Shown here one piece after another: positions 28,731-39,084 of a stretch of DNA of 64,000 nucleotides. The stretch covers positions 710,800-774,799 of the forward strand of contig JBBAAO010000001.1 in NCBI GenBank assembly GCA_041658205.1, read 5' to 3'. Position numbers and translations under genes: made by a program. Origin of the DNA: Bacteroidota bacterium (GTDB lineage: Bacteria; Bacteroidota; Ignavibacteria; UBA10030; UBA8401). The stretch's first letter is position 1, and each line of letters opens with the position of its first letter. The notes beneath the pieces were generated by a model. It was not told the DNA's origin and did no database searches. It saw only the letters and a list, made by a program, of their open reading frames with translations.

Positions 28731-31169
28731 ATGATCCACAACTTCAAAACAAACTTGACGGTAGTAAATATTATTCTCGTTGTGTCTTATGTATTTCTTG
28801 GTTTATTTGCTGATGACTGCTGTCCGCCAGAGACAGGAGAAATTAATGGGACAGTAACAAGTAATGGTCAAGCTGTCTCTGGTGCTACTGTTTCTTCTAA
28901 TCCACCTATTGGAAATGGCGCTGCTGTTACAGATCCCAACGGGATGTTTAATTTTAAGGATGTTCCAGAAAATAAAAGCTATACGCTCACTGCCTCGAAG
29001 GATGGATATGAGAATGGAACGGCTTCAGTTTTTGTCGCGAAGAAACAGTTAGTAACGCCCACAATCACTATGGTACAAAAATTACCGGTCTTGCAGATTG
29101 TCAATTCAAGTGAAGATTTTGGTTCAAGTAATACAGTATTAAACTTCACTCTTAAAAATCAATCCGGATTTGGAACATTGACGGTAACCTCTATTGGAAT
29201 AAGTTACCCCGCCAACACTCCAGCTTGGTTGATATTCGATCGGTCAGCAAATATTACAGTTGCCAATGGAACAACAGGAACAACAGTTGCTGCAACCGCA
29301 GATAGAAACGCACTGACAACGTCCGGGAATTATCAGGCAACAGTAACATTCAATTCTAATGGGGGCAATATTAGCTTAGTTGTGTCTATTGCAAAGCCTG
29401 GATTAACTTCTCAGATTCTCGTAACTCCAGCCGACACATTAAAATTTGGATCAGGAGCAACATCCCTACCGCTTACAGTAAAAAATGTTGGGCCATTAGG
29501 AACGACATTGCAATGGGACATTGTTTCCGATCATCCAACGACATGGTTACCAGTTAGTTCGATCGTACGAGATAATATTGAAGGCCAAGGGCAGCGAGTT
29601 ATAAATATCATAGTTGATAGATCTAACATAGCAGAAGGATTGCATCCCGGAACTTTGATATTTAAAAATTTAACAAGTTCGACAAATACACAAACAATTC
29701 CTGTGTCAATGCTGGTTGTGAAAACAAACGGGGAAATCAAAGGAACAATTAAAGATCAATCATCCAATGGCATTATTGGCGCGACAGTCACCGCCGTCCC
29801 CGGAAATTATTCTGCAACAAGTACGACTGGAGGATTGTACACTCTAAATGTTCAAACAGGTTCTACATATACAATTACAGCTTCCAAATCTCCTGAATTT
29901 GTTGATAGCTCAATTACTTCTGTTGTAGTCGGTTCTACTTCGGCAAATATTGTGTTGAGAAGAAACTTTGGATCGATCTCAGGTACAGTTGTCGATTCCG
30001 CAAATGAATTGGCAAAACTACAAGGGGTTGCAGTAATTGCCAAAGGAAAGATTGATAATGTACAGTATTCAGCGAATCCTGCAACGACAGATGCAAATGG
30101 AGTATATTTCATTTCCAATCTTCCAGCGACTCAGAATTATGATGTCACAGCGAGCGTTGCAGCATATTATCCTAAAACGGTATCGAATATTACAATTGGG
30201 CAGACTTCTCTGATGATTTCTTTAGGAAAAATAACTGGGTCCATATCTGGAACTGTAACAGATTCTACAAGTGGATTGAAAGTGGGAGGTGTAAATATAA
30301 GTGTTGATGGGACGTCATTGTCTACGGTTACATCCAACGATGGTTCTTATACACTTTCAAATATTCCTCTTGGTACCTACAAAATTGTTGCATCGAAGAA
30401 TAATTATTTTATTGGAACAACTACAAAAGATACGTCAGGTGTCACAATTACTAGTAGTGCTAAAACTGTTAATTTTACATTAGTTGGTAAACTACCTACT
30501 GACGGAATGATTTTGTTCTATCCATTCAATGGAAATTTAAAAGATAGATCTGGATATGGTCTTGATGCAACTGGTAGCGGTATAACAGTAAATGGAAGTG
30601 ATCGTTTTGGAGGATTAGGTAATGGAGCATATTTTGATGGCTCATCAAATTTCATGTTTAGAAATGATACTTCGACACTGCATACACCTACAGCTCTTTC
30701 GATTGCACTCTGGATCAAATTTGATAAGGAACCAGTTGCCGGTACAAATTTTTCAATATTGGACAAAAGAACCGGTACAGTGTACCAATATGATTTGTCC
30801 TACCAAATAGATAATTCATCAAATAAATCACTTGTTTTTGATACGTATGCCGATAATGCAGGTTCGGTATTCCATCAAAACAAGATGCAAAAAACACTCT
30901 CAGAAGGAATCTGGAACTTTATTTGTGTCACCTTTAATGGGACACAATCAATTATTTATGTAAATGGTATACAATCTAAAAATATAGTCCCTATTATTTC
31001 ATTAGCTTCGACAATTAATAATCCATCTCAAGGAGCGCCAATATATTTCGGACGAGACTATAATAATAAAGGATATCTAAAAAGCTACATTGATGATGTT
31101 CGGATATTTAATAAAGCTTTAATTGAAGCTGAAATTCAAGCACTTTATAGTGAAGGAAATTGGAAATGA
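28731..31169 (+). CDS. Large secreted protein with carboxypeptidase-regulatory-like (CarboxypepD_reg) beta-sandwich repeats and a C-terminal concanavalin A/LamG-like domain
   Basis: 812 aa. N-terminal hydrophobic anchor/signal. Repeated GTVTDSxxxxxGATV modules. C-terminal jelly-roll-like motif (LSIALWIKFDK...YVNGIQ). Confidence 0.55.
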   Translation: MIHNFKTNLTVVNIILVVSYVFLGLFADDCCPPETGEINGTVTSNGQAVSGATVSSNPPIGNGAAVTDPNGMFNFKDVPENKSYTLTASKDGYENGTASVFVAKKQLVTPTITMVQKLPVLQIVNSSEDFGSSNTVLNFTLKNQSGFGTLTVTSIGISYPANTPAWLIFDRSANITVANGTTGTTVAATADRNALTTSGNYQATVTFNSNGGNISLVVSIAKPGLTSQILVTPADTLKFGSGATSLPLTVKNVGPLGTTLQWDIVSDHPTTWLPVSSIVRDNIEGQGQRVINIIVDRSNIAEGLHPGTLIFKNLTSSTNTQTIPVSMLVVKTNGEIKGTIKDQSSNGIIGATVTAVPGNYSATSTTGGLYTLNVQTGSTYTITASKSPEFVDSSITSVVVGSTSANIVLRRNFGSISGTVVDSANELAKLQGVAVIAKGKIDNVQYSANPATTDANGVYFISNLPATQNYDVTASVAAYYPKTVSNITIGQTSLMISLGKITGSISGTVTDSTSGLKVGGVNISVDGTSLSTVTSNDGSYTLSNIPLGTYKIVASKNNYFIGTTTKDTSGVTITSSAKTVNFTLVGKLPTDGMILFYPFNGNLKDRSGYGLDATGSGITVNGSDRFGGLGNGAYFDGSSNFMFRNDTSTLHTPTALSIALWIKFDKEPVAGTNFSILDKRTGTVYQYDLSYQIDNSSNKSLVFDTYADNAGSVFHQNKMQKTLSEGIWNFICVTFNGTQSIIYVNGIQSKNIVPIISLASTINNPSQGAPIYFGRDYNNKGYLKSYIDDVRIFNKALIEAEIQALYSEGNWK

Positions 31170-31990
31170 AAATATTGCTAATTTTTTCTGTTTTTTTTCA
31201 AATTCTTATATCAAATGATCGTCCAAAATGGATCGATGAAATTCCTGCCGGTTACAAAAACAACTATTTTGTGGGACAGGCTTCAAGCCGTCAATCTGAA
31301 TTAATGGCACGAGAAAAAGCTTTGTTTAGTGCAATTGCAGCCGTTATTCGTGATGCAAAAATGAATGCGCAGGTTAATCAATCTAGTCAGATCCGTCAAA
31401 AAGAAGAGATGAAGAATGGTGAATCAGTGAACTTTGAAGAGGTGACAAAAATTACCTCCGAAGTTGTTATTAAAGGAGAATCTCAAACAATTATGGGGTT
31501 AAAGGAAGAAGAGCACTTCACAGAATATTCGAATGGTGAGTATACTGTATTTACACTTGTGAAAATTCCGAAACCATTTTCAATGCAAACAGAACCACCG
31601 TCAAAATCTGAATATGTGACACGAAGTTTTATTCCGGGATGGTCTCAATATTATAAAGGACAATCCACTAAAGGATTTTTATTTATTTCAGGTGAAGCTG
31701 CTTTGATAACATCAGGAATTGTCTTTGCATTTTTAAAGACAGATGCGGAAAATCAAATATCTCCATTTTATGCACAGGCAGTGAATGATGATTATCAAAC
31801 TCAAGCGAACACATTTAACACAATAAGCACAATTTCATTTATCGGTGCAGGTGTATTGTATGTCTATAACATTATCGATGGGATTTCGAGCGAAGAAAAA
31901 GTGTATGTCAATAACGTAACGATTAAACCGGCAATATTCACTTTAAATAGACAAAATGGATTGGGAATAAATATAGGAATTTCGTTTTGA
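31160..31990 (+). CDS. Hypothetical membrane-associated protein (DUF5683-like C-terminal region)
   Basis: 276 aa with a signal peptide. C-terminal GWSQYYKGQSTKGFLFISGEAALITSG resembles DUF5683. Confidence 0.4.
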   Translation: MEMKILLIFSVFFQILISNDRPKWIDEIPAGYKNNYFVGQASSRQSELMAREKALFSAIAAVIRDAKMNAQVNQSSQIRQKEEMKNGESVNFEEVTKITSEVVIKGESQTIMGLKEEEHFTEYSNGEYTVFTLVKIPKPFSMQTEPPSKSEYVTRSFIPGWSQYYKGQSTKGFLFISGEAALITSGIVFAFLKTDAENQISPFYAQAVNDDYQTQANTFNTISTISFIGAGVLYVYNIIDGISSEEKVYVNNVTIKPAIFTLNRQNGLGINIGISF

Positions 31991-32117
31991 AGGGGTTTTG
32001 ACACTCCAATTCTTTGAAATTTTCAAAAAGACAATCTAATAATGATTTTGTTGACGGCTCATAAAATGAGCCGTTTTTTATTTCTGAAATTCTTCAATTT
32101 TTTGTAGATTATATCAC

Positions 32118-32783
32118 ATGAAATGGCAAATTCCGTTAATTATTCTCATTCTTTTGGCAATTGGCTGCGGTCCTTCATCACCCCGTTTTGCTGGAAAGGA
32201 TAGCTCAAAAAAAGAAACGAAGAAGACTAATAAAGGGAACATCCGTTTCACCTCCAAAGTAATGGAAGAGGAAAAGAGAGAAGACGATAAAAAAGTCGAC
32301 CTAAAAAAAGTGGAACAGCGTTTTAGTAGTGCTAAGTCTTCAACAAGTCCGGTTTCACCCAAAAAAGAGAGTGTGGATTCTAAAAAACCGAGTGGCTCTG
32401 TCGCCGGAAGCTTTGAACAACAGAAAATGATGGATGCAATTCTTGGATGGATGGGGACTCCGTATGAATATGGCGGAGAGGGAAAAGGAGGGATCGACTG
32501 TTCTGCTTTTTCAAGAGAAATTTTCAGATCAAGCGCAGGCCAAGAACTTCCGCGAACAACGGAAGATCAAGCGAAATTGGGTTCATCCGTACAACAGGAA
32601 AATTTGAAGTTTGGGGATCTGATCTTTTTTAATACAACCGGACAGAATCCATCACATGTTGGTATTTATATCGGCGACGATATGTTCGCCCACGCAAGCG
32701 TTAGTTTTGGAGTGACACTTTCTTCATTATATTCATCTTATTATAAAAAACGATATACAGAAGCAAGAAGAGTCTTACAATAA
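32118..32783 (+). CDS. NlpC/P60 (C40) family peptidoglycan hydrolase lipoprotein
   Basis: 221 aa. Lipobox LLAIGCG. Catalytic Cys region GIDCSAFSREIF and His region PSHVGIYIGDDMFAHAS. Confidence 0.8.
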   Translation: MKWQIPLIILILLAIGCGPSSPRFAGKDSSKKETKKTNKGNIRFTSKVMEEEKREDDKKVDLKKVEQRFSSAKSSTSPVSPKKESVDSKKPSGSVAGSFEQQKMMDAILGWMGTPYEYGGEGKGGIDCSAFSREIFRSSAGQELPRTTEDQAKLGSSVQQENLKFGDLIFFNTTGQNPSHVGIYIGDDMFAHASVSFGVTLSSLYSSYYKKRYTEARRVLQ

Positions 32784-32857
32784 TTTTTTCATTGAATCAT
32801 CGTGCAATTGATTCAATGTATTAATGAACAAATGGATCAATTTATTTTGGAGTAACA

Positions 32858-33442
32858 GTGGCAATATTACCAATCTACCTATACGGCAACGAAGTTCTTA
32901 AGAAAAAAGCAAAACAAGTAGCCGAAGTGACTGATACGGACATTAAGCTTATTCAAGATATGTTTGAAACAATGCATGAGTCGAATGGAATCGGTTTAGC
33001 AGCAAACCAGGTGGGAGATTTGAAACAGATTCTCGTCGTGGATATTTCCGATATGGAAGCAGGGAAAGGGACGAAGCCGCTTGCCATTATCAATCCCAAA
33101 ATTGTGGATGAAGAAGGGGAATGGGAAATGGAAGAAGGCTGTTTGAGCATACCGGAGGTTAGGGAAAAAGTATGGCGCGCCGAAAAGATCACCGTGCAGT
33201 ACAACGATGTGAACATGGAAAAGGTTGAGTTGACAGCAGATGGCATGCTTGCCCGTGTCATCCTTCATGAGATGGATCACTTGAACGGTGTCCTTTTTAT
33301 CGATCATTTGACCTCAACGAAGAAAACATTGCTTCGTCCGAAATTGAAGAAAATTATGAAGGGACATGTAGAGACGGAATATGAAGTTGTTATTGCAGGC
33401 GAGCATAAATCGAAAACAAAAAGTAAAAAAATTGTTTTATAG
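32858..33442 (+). CDS. def: Peptide deformylase
   Basis: 194 aa with a GTG start. Motifs GIGLAANQVG, EGCLS, HEMDHLNG. Confidence 0.9.
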   Translation: MAILPIYLYGNEVLKKKAKQVAEVTDTDIKLIQDMFETMHESNGIGLAANQVGDLKQILVVDISDMEAGKGTKPLAIINPKIVDEEGEWEMEEGCLSIPEVREKVWRAEKITVQYNDVNMEKVELTADGMLARVILHEMDHLNGVLFIDHLTSTKKTLLRPKLKKIMKGHVETEYEVVIAGEHKSKTKSKKIVL

Positions 33443-33584
33443 AAATTATACTTATCCCCGCGCGCAAGCAGATTATCCCGTTTTATGGGATTCCGCAAGA
33501 CGGGATTACAAAAAGCGGAACCACGTCGTCATCCCAAAGTATCGGGACTCCTCCTCGCAATGACGCAAAATTATTGGTGTTTGA

Positions 33585-34526
33585 ATGAAAATAGTATTTA
33601 TGGGCACTCCGGATTTTGCTGTTCCAAGTCTGGAGATATTACTGAAGAACAATTACACGATCTCTGCAGTGGTGACCGCTCCTGATAAACCGCGCGGGAG
33701 AGGACAGCAGGTCAGTTTTACTCCCGTAAAAGAATGTGCTCAAAAATATTCTCTTCCGATTTTTCAACCCCAATCGCTGAAAGATCCACAATTCATCGCT
33801 CAACTTGCTGAACTCAAACCAGATCTTTTTGTGATTGTTGCATTCAGAATTTTACCAAAAGAAGTGTACTCCATCCCAGATAAAGGAGCGTTTAATCTAC
33901 ACGCATCTTTGCTCCCAAAATACCGCGGTGCAGCACCAATCAATTGGGCGATTATCAATGGAGAAAAAGAATCGGGAGTAACAACATTCTTCCTACAGGA
34001 TAAAGTTGACACTGGAAATATCATTTTGCAAGAGAAGGTGACGATTACAGATGAGATGAATGCCGGGGAATTGCACGATGCACTTTCTGATATCGGTTCG
34101 AGAGCTGTATTGGAAACTGTGCAAAGGATTGAACAAGGGATAGCAAATCCTCAAAAACAAAATGATCTACTTGCTTCACCAGCACCGAAAATATTTAAAG
34201 AGACATGCCGAATTGATTGGAGTCGATCTGCAGAGAAAATCCATAATTTCATCCGTGGACTTTCACCATACCCGGCGGCGTGGACGAGTCATAATGGAAA
34301 AGTGGTGAAGATATTCAAGAGCAGAAGAACAGAAAATGAGATTCAGAATTCAGGATTCAAGATTCATGGTGCAGGTGAAATACTGGTAAGTGAAAAGCAA
34401 TTGTTCGTAGCCGCCGAGAATTCAGTTCTTGAAATTCTTGAACTTCAACAGGAAGGGAAGAAGAGAATGAGCGCCGAAGAATTTTTACGGGGATATAGAT
34501 TTGCGGAGAATAGTAGATTTGATTAG
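33585..34526 (+). CDS. fmt: Methionyl-tRNA formyltransferase
   Basis: 313 aa. Formyltransferase N and C domains (MKIVFMGTPDFAV, NLHASLLPKYRGAAPINWAIINGE). Confidence 0.9.
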   Translation: MKIVFMGTPDFAVPSLEILLKNNYTISAVVTAPDKPRGRGQQVSFTPVKECAQKYSLPIFQPQSLKDPQFIAQLAELKPDLFVIVAFRILPKEVYSIPDKGAFNLHASLLPKYRGAAPINWAIINGEKESGVTTFFLQDKVDTGNIILQEKVTITDEMNAGELHDALSDIGSRAVLETVQRIEQGIANPQKQNDLLASPAPKIFKETCRIDWSRSAEKIHNFIRGLSPYPAAWTSHNGKVVKIFKSRRTENEIQNSGFKIHGAGEILVSEKQLFVAAENSVLEILELQQEGKKRMSAEEFLRGYRFAENSRFD

Positions 34527-34547
34527 ATTACTTATGGAGGAACCTGT

Positions 34548-34784
34548 ATGAAAACCTTAAAACATATGATTACTGCTGTCATCAGTCGTGGGGAAAAATA
34601 CTTTGTGGCAGAATGTGTTGAAATAAATGTCGTCACACAGGGTATTACGATGGATGAAGTTGTTTCAAACTTACAAGAAGCAGTGGCGCTGCATTTCGAA
34701 GGAGAAAATCACGAAGAAATGGGTTTTGTAAAAAATCCAGTGCTGATTGTGACAATGGAAGTTGAACCTGCATATGCCGCCTAA
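34548..34784 (+). CDS. hicB: HicB-like antitoxin (UPF0150 family)
   Basis: 78 aa. N-terminal YFVAECVEINVVTQGITMDEVVSNLQEAVALHFEG matches the HicB/UPF0150 fold. Overlaps the downstream HicA-like gene. Confidence 0.6.
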   Translation: MKTLKHMITAVISRGEKYFVAECVEINVVTQGITMDEVVSNLQEAVALHFEGENHEEMGFVKNPVLIVTMEVEPAYAA

Positions 34785-35022
34785 ATTAAAACGGCTATCA
34801 GGAAATGAAGTTATTTCGATCTTGTTGAAATTTGGATTTGTTATTCATTCACAGCGTGGCAGTCACATAAAGTTACGAAGAATTATTTCAGAGGGTGAAA
34901 AACAAACGTTGATTGTCCCAAACCATAAAGAAATTGATCCGGGCACACTTCGAGCAATTATAAAACAATCTAGTAAATATATTAACGAAAACTTTTTGCA
35001 TTCAGAATTTTTTTCTGAATAA
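34762..35022 (+). CDS. hicA: HicA-like mRNA interferase toxin
   Basis: 86 aa. LKRLSGNEVISILLKFGFVIHSQRGSHIKLRR matches the HicA (YcfA-like) family, including the conserved His. Confidence 0.65.
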   Translation: MNLHMPPKLKRLSGNEVISILLKFGFVIHSQRGSHIKLRRIISEGEKQTLIVPNHKEIDPGTLRAIIKQSSKYINENFLHSEFFSE

Positions 35023-35027
35023 ATATT

Positions 35028-35402
35028 TTAAAAATTCTCTCCGATATAAAACCCGATCCACGTAGCTATAAGACATCCAAACAGACTCAACCCGCTATTC
35101 AATCCTGCACCTAAAAAATTTCCCGATTTCATTAGTGCGAGCGTATCATAACTGAAGGAAGAGAAAGTTGTGAATCCTCCCAAGATACCGATGATTAAAA
35201 ACAAACGAATATTTTGGCTGACAACAATTCTTTCTTGAAAAAGTGTCATCAACAAACCGATCATAAAGCATCCTACAATATTTACCACCATCGTACCATA
35301 AGGAAACAGGCTCTCCGTCCTATTTTGTATGAGGGAAGCTAAACCAAACCTGGCAATACTTCCTAAAAATCCACCTAAACCGATAAATAAATACTGTTCC
35401 AT
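35028..35402 (-). CDS. crcB: Fluoride ion channel CrcB/Fluc
   Basis: 124 aa with four TM helices. GGFLGSIARF and GFTTFSSF motifs. Confidence 0.85.
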   Translation of the reverse strand: MEQYLFIGLGGFLGSIARFGLASLIQNRTESLFPYGTMVVNIVGCFMIGLLMTLFQERIVVSQNIRLFLIIGILGGFTTFSSFSYDTLALMKSGNFLGAGLNSGLSLFGCLIATWIGFYIGENF

Positions 35403-35510
35403 AAGAGATTGATAATCAATGCAAATTCGTTGCTTCCATTTTTGAAATGAAGTATATTAATAGACGTTTTGAAATAAAATAAGAATTTTTCAGTAAACAA
35501 AAAGCGTTCC

Positions 35511-36329
35511 ATGGGAAAAGTAATAGCCATAGCGAATCAAAAAGGGGGTGTGGGGAAAACCACCACGGCCGTAAACCTTGCCGCATCGCTAGCTGCTGCC
35601 GAACATGAAACGCTGTTGATTGACATTGATCCGCAAGCAAACGCTACCAGCGGTGTCGGCATTGAAAGCAAAATGCTGGAAAAAAGTGCGTACGAAGTGA
35701 TCTATGGCAGTATTCCTGCCGAAGAAGCGATCATAAAAACAACAATGCCGTACCTCTCTATTCTTCCATCACATATCAACATGGTCGGTTTGGAAGTTGA
35801 ATTGGTGAACGAAGAGAATCGTGAGCAGAAACTCCGAAATGCTCTCACGTCGATTAGAAAGAAATACGAATACATTATAATCGATTGCCCTCCTTCGTTA
35901 AGTTTGATCACGTTAAATGCATTGACATCGGCGGATTCTGTCCTGATCCCAGTGCAATGTGAATATTACGCGCTCGAAGGTCTTGGACAGTTATTAAACA
36001 CAATCAATGGAGTAAAAAAATCATTCAATCCTTCGTTGGATATTGAAGGTGTGCTGATGACGATGTTCGATTCACGATTACGTTTGTCAAATCAAATTGT
36101 TGATGAAGTGAAGAAATATTTCGGCGAAAAAGTATTTTCTGTGATTGTAACGCGAAATGTGCGATTAAGCGAAGCGCCAAGTTTTGGCAAGCCGATTTTA
36201 TTGTATGATGCAGTTTCGTCCGGTAGTAAAAACTATATCGATCTTGCAAAAGAAGTGATGAAGAATTATGATCAACAGCGGGCCTCCCACCGGAATGCAT
36301 CGTTGAAATCCGTTTCCCATTCAGTATAG
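35511..36329 (+). CDS. parA: Chromosome partitioning ATPase ParA/Soj
   Basis: 272 aa. Deviant Walker A motif KGGVGKTT. Clear ParA family. Confidence 0.9.
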   Translation: MGKVIAIANQKGGVGKTTTAVNLAASLAAAEHETLLIDIDPQANATSGVGIESKMLEKSAYEVIYGSIPAEEAIIKTTMPYLSILPSHINMVGLEVELVNEENREQKLRNALTSIRKKYEYIIIDCPPSLSLITLNALTSADSVLIPVQCEYYALEGLGQLLNTINGVKKSFNPSLDIEGVLMTMFDSRLRLSNQIVDEVKKYFGEKVFSVIVTRNVRLSEAPSFGKPILLYDAVSSGSKNYIDLAKEVMKNYDQQRASHRNASLKSVSHSV

Positions 36330-36333
36330 AATA

Positions 36334-37245
36334 ATGTCCGATCCAAAATCAAAATCAGTGTTAGGAAAAGGTTTAAGCGCTCTCATTCCCCGGATACCGG
36401 AACGAAGCATTCAATCTGCAATGCCAATCTCCAAAGAAGTAGTGCAGACAACTTCCACATTAGAAATTGAAGTAGCGCAAATCTCTCCGAATCCTTTTCA
36501 ACCACGTTTGGATTTTGATCAAAAGTCACTTGAGGAATTAAAACAATCAATCAAGCAGAACGGCATTATCCAGCCGATCACCGTACGACGAACTATCGGC
36601 GGAACATTTGAATTGATTTCCGGTGAACGTCGCGTTCGGGCTTCGCAGGAATTGGGGAAGAAAACCATTCCGGCATATATCATCAGCGTCCATTCCGATG
36701 CCGAGATGTTGGAATTGGGTTTAATCGAAAATCTGCAGCGCGAAAATCTCAATCCTATTGAAGTAGCAATGTCCTTTAAGCGATTGATTGATGAATGTAG
36801 TCTCACACAGGATCAAGTCGCAGAAAAAGTCGGGAAAGAACGATCGACCATTACCAATTTTTTACGTCTTTTGAAACTTCCGGATAAGATTCGGCAAGGT
36901 GTTCGAGAGAACAAAATCTCCATGGGCCATGCGCGCGCGCTTCTGGGTGCATTGGATGACAAGAAACAATTAAAGCTCTATAATAAGATTATTGAAGATG
37001 GCTGGTCTGTTCGAAAAATTGAAGATGAGATCAAAGGACGGGATGCAAAAAAATCGTCTAAGTCTTCAGGGAAGCCGTCCAATCTGCGCGGTGATGTTGG
37101 ATTTCAACAGATTGAAACGCGATTGCGTCACAAGTTGGGAACAAAAGTCAGTATCAGAAAAAATGTGAGCGGTGGAGGAGAGATCGGCATTGAATATTAC
37201 AATGCAGACGATCTTGAACGATTGATTGATCTGTTAGATAGTTGA
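36334..37245 (+). CDS. parB: Chromosome partitioning protein ParB/Spo0J
   Basis: 303 aa. ParB box GERRVRAS and an HTH region. Lies immediately downstream of parA. Confidence 0.9.
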   Translation: MSDPKSKSVLGKGLSALIPRIPERSIQSAMPISKEVVQTTSTLEIEVAQISPNPFQPRLDFDQKSLEELKQSIKQNGIIQPITVRRTIGGTFELISGERRVRASQELGKKTIPAYIISVHSDAEMLELGLIENLQRENLNPIEVAMSFKRLIDECSLTQDQVAEKVGKERSTITNFLRLLKLPDKIRQGVRENKISMGHARALLGALDDKKQLKLYNKIIEDGWSVRKIEDEIKGRDAKKSSKSSGKPSNLRGDVGFQQIETRLRHKLGTKVSIRKNVSGGGEIGIEYYNADDLERLIDLLDS

Positions 37246-37268
37246 ATACCATGAGACGATAAATACCG

Positions 37269-37721
37269 ATGAAACACATCATTCTCTTTTTCATTTTCTG
37301 CACATTGATTTCCGCACAAACAACCACAAAAAAACCTATGAAAACAATCATTAAAACCGAACAAGCGCCGCTTCCGATAGGACCATACAATCAAGCAGTG
37401 GCAACGCAAGGAGAGTTATTATTTACCGCGGGACAAATCGCCCTGGATCCGAAAACGGGTCAAATGATCGGGACAACGATTCAAGAACAGACAAAACAGG
37501 TGTGCGAAAATCTCAAAGCAATTCTGTTGGCATCTCACACTGATTTCAAGCATGCAGTAAAGACAACAGTGTTTTTGAAAAACTTTAATGACTTTGCAGC
37601 AATGAACGAAGTCTACGGAAAATATTTCGGTGAAGCATCCCCGGCTCGGTCGACTGTTGAAGTGGTTCGTCTACCGAAAGACGCGTTAGTCGAAATCGAA
37701 GTGGTAGCTCTTATTCCCTAA
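37269..37721 (+). CDS. ridA: RidA/YjgF family (reactive intermediate deaminase) protein, apparently with an N-terminal signal peptide
   Basis: 150 aa. RidA core LPIGPYNQAV...AVKTTVFLKN...ARSTVEV. The first 22 aa look like a signal peptide. An alternative start at 37338 would give a cytoplasmic form. Confidence 0.75.
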   Translation: MKHIILFFIFCTLISAQTTTKKPMKTIIKTEQAPLPIGPYNQAVATQGELLFTAGQIALDPKTGQMIGTTIQEQTKQVCENLKAILLASHTDFKHAVKTTVFLKNFNDFAAMNEVYGKYFGEASPARSTVEVVRLPKDALVEIEVVALIP

Positions 37722-38348
37722 ATGAAACATCTCTCATTATATTCGCTGATCTGTTTGCTGTTAATCTTCTCGGTCGGGTCAGCGCAATATATTTCCAGAT
37801 ACGAACGTCCGATAAGCACTCCAATTTTTTTTATTCCCATTCCGGATACGGTCATTCATTTGAATGAAGATTCTTTGATTGCCGCACAAATCGGCATTGT
37901 CGATACGACTATTCTTCCCCCAAAATCTCCGACGCTTGCCATGCTGAGTTCAATGGTGATTCCGGGTGCCGGACAAATCTATAACGAATCATATATAAAA
38001 ATTCCGGTGATATGGGGATTGGGGTACTATTTTTATTCTGTCTACAAAAATCAGGACGATCTGTACAAACAGACAAGAACGCAGTATGAGCGTACTCTCT
38101 ATTCCCGGGACACATCAAGTAATGCCGGCATAAAAAGCGATCTTGCCTATCTTGCTGAACAATACCGCGGCCTTCGGGATAATTATAAACGGCAGAGAAA
38201 CGAGTTCGGCTGGTATTTAGCCATAACATACATTCTGAATATTATTGATGCATATGTCGATGCAGCGTTATACAATTTTGAAGTGAGTCCAAATTTGCAA
38301 GGGACAAGTCAGTGGCAGGTGCGGGCTAGGATTCCTCTTCGGAAGTGA
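37722..38348 (+). CDS. Hypothetical membrane-associated protein (DUF5683-like)
   Basis: 208 aa with a signal peptide. SMVIPGAGQIYNESYIKIPVIWGLGYYFY resembles DUF5683. Paralogous to the region in the ORF at 31160. Confidence 0.4.
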   Translation: MKHLSLYSLICLLLIFSVGSAQYISRYERPISTPIFFIPIPDTVIHLNEDSLIAAQIGIVDTTILPPKSPTLAMLSSMVIPGAGQIYNESYIKIPVIWGLGYYFYSVYKNQDDLYKQTRTQYERTLYSRDTSSNAGIKSDLAYLAEQYRGLRDNYKRQRNEFGWYLAITYILNIIDAYVDAALYNFEVSPNLQGTSQWQVRARIPLRK

Positions 38349-38352
38349 GCCT

Positions 38353-39072
38353 ATGAGGAAATTGAATATTGTGTTTTTTAGTACAGCAACATTTTTTTTC
38401 CTCAGCAGTTGCCAGGAATATTCCACGGGAAGTTCAATTAACGGGAAGGTCGGTTTTGTCAGCGAACGTTCTCCCTATGTGTTGGATGGCAAAGTTGTCG
38501 ATGTAAATAATATACCGGTGGTCGGGGCCGAGATACACTATATGTTCATGCTGCATCAATCCAGTCCTGAGAAAACAGAAGCGCCAAATAGATCGATGTT
38601 GAGCATAACAATCAGTTTTAGTATTTCGAAGGATGGATGGACATCGCTGAGAATTTACAGACTTGGCTCAAGAGAATTGATAGCTACATTAACCGATACA
38701 GTATTACAAGCAGGAATGTATAGCCGTACGTTTGACGCCGGAAGGGTGACAAATGGCCTGTATGTCTATCAATTGATCTCTGATAAAATATTCGAAGAGA
38801 AACTCTTCTATCTTCTGCACGGCGATATGGAGAGTTTGTTAAAAACACGTCCGCTGGCAAAAACAGATGTTGAAGGAAAATTTCGATTACCGCAAAGTTT
38901 TTTTGGACTTGATGAAGAGTTTACCGTTACCAATGAAAAAGGGTCGGTGATTGGCAAGTCAATGATCGATTCAATAGGAATAGTAGTCTATCAGAACGCA
39001 AAACATCCATTGGTTCAATGGATGAACATTACTAAAAACAGAAATATGGAAGCCACATTCACTTTACAATGA
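38353..39072 (+). CDS. Hypothetical lipoprotein
   Basis: 239 aa. Lipobox FLSSC. No recognised domain. Confidence 0.4.
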   Translation: MRKLNIVFFSTATFFFLSSCQEYSTGSSINGKVGFVSERSPYVLDGKVVDVNNIPVVGAEIHYMFMLHQSSPEKTEAPNRSMLSITISFSISKDGWTSLRIYRLGSRELIATLTDTVLQAGMYSRTFDAGRVTNGLYVYQLISDKIFEEKLFYLLHGDMESLLKTRPLAKTDVEGKFRLPQSFFGLDEEFTVTNEKGSVIGKSMIDSIGIVVYQNAKHPLVQWMNITKNRNMEATFTLQ

Positions 39073-39084
39073 TGAGAGGTATTT

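Noticed and set aside
35416-35640. 74-aa minus-strand ORF overlapping the parA start
   Set aside because: It overlaps the well-supported parA 5' end on the opposite strand and has no recognisable features.
35511-37245. Whether parAB marks the replication origin (oriC) in this window
   Set aside because: No dnaA, dnaN or gidA genes and no obvious DnaA-box cluster were seen nearby. parAB alone is insufficient evidence.
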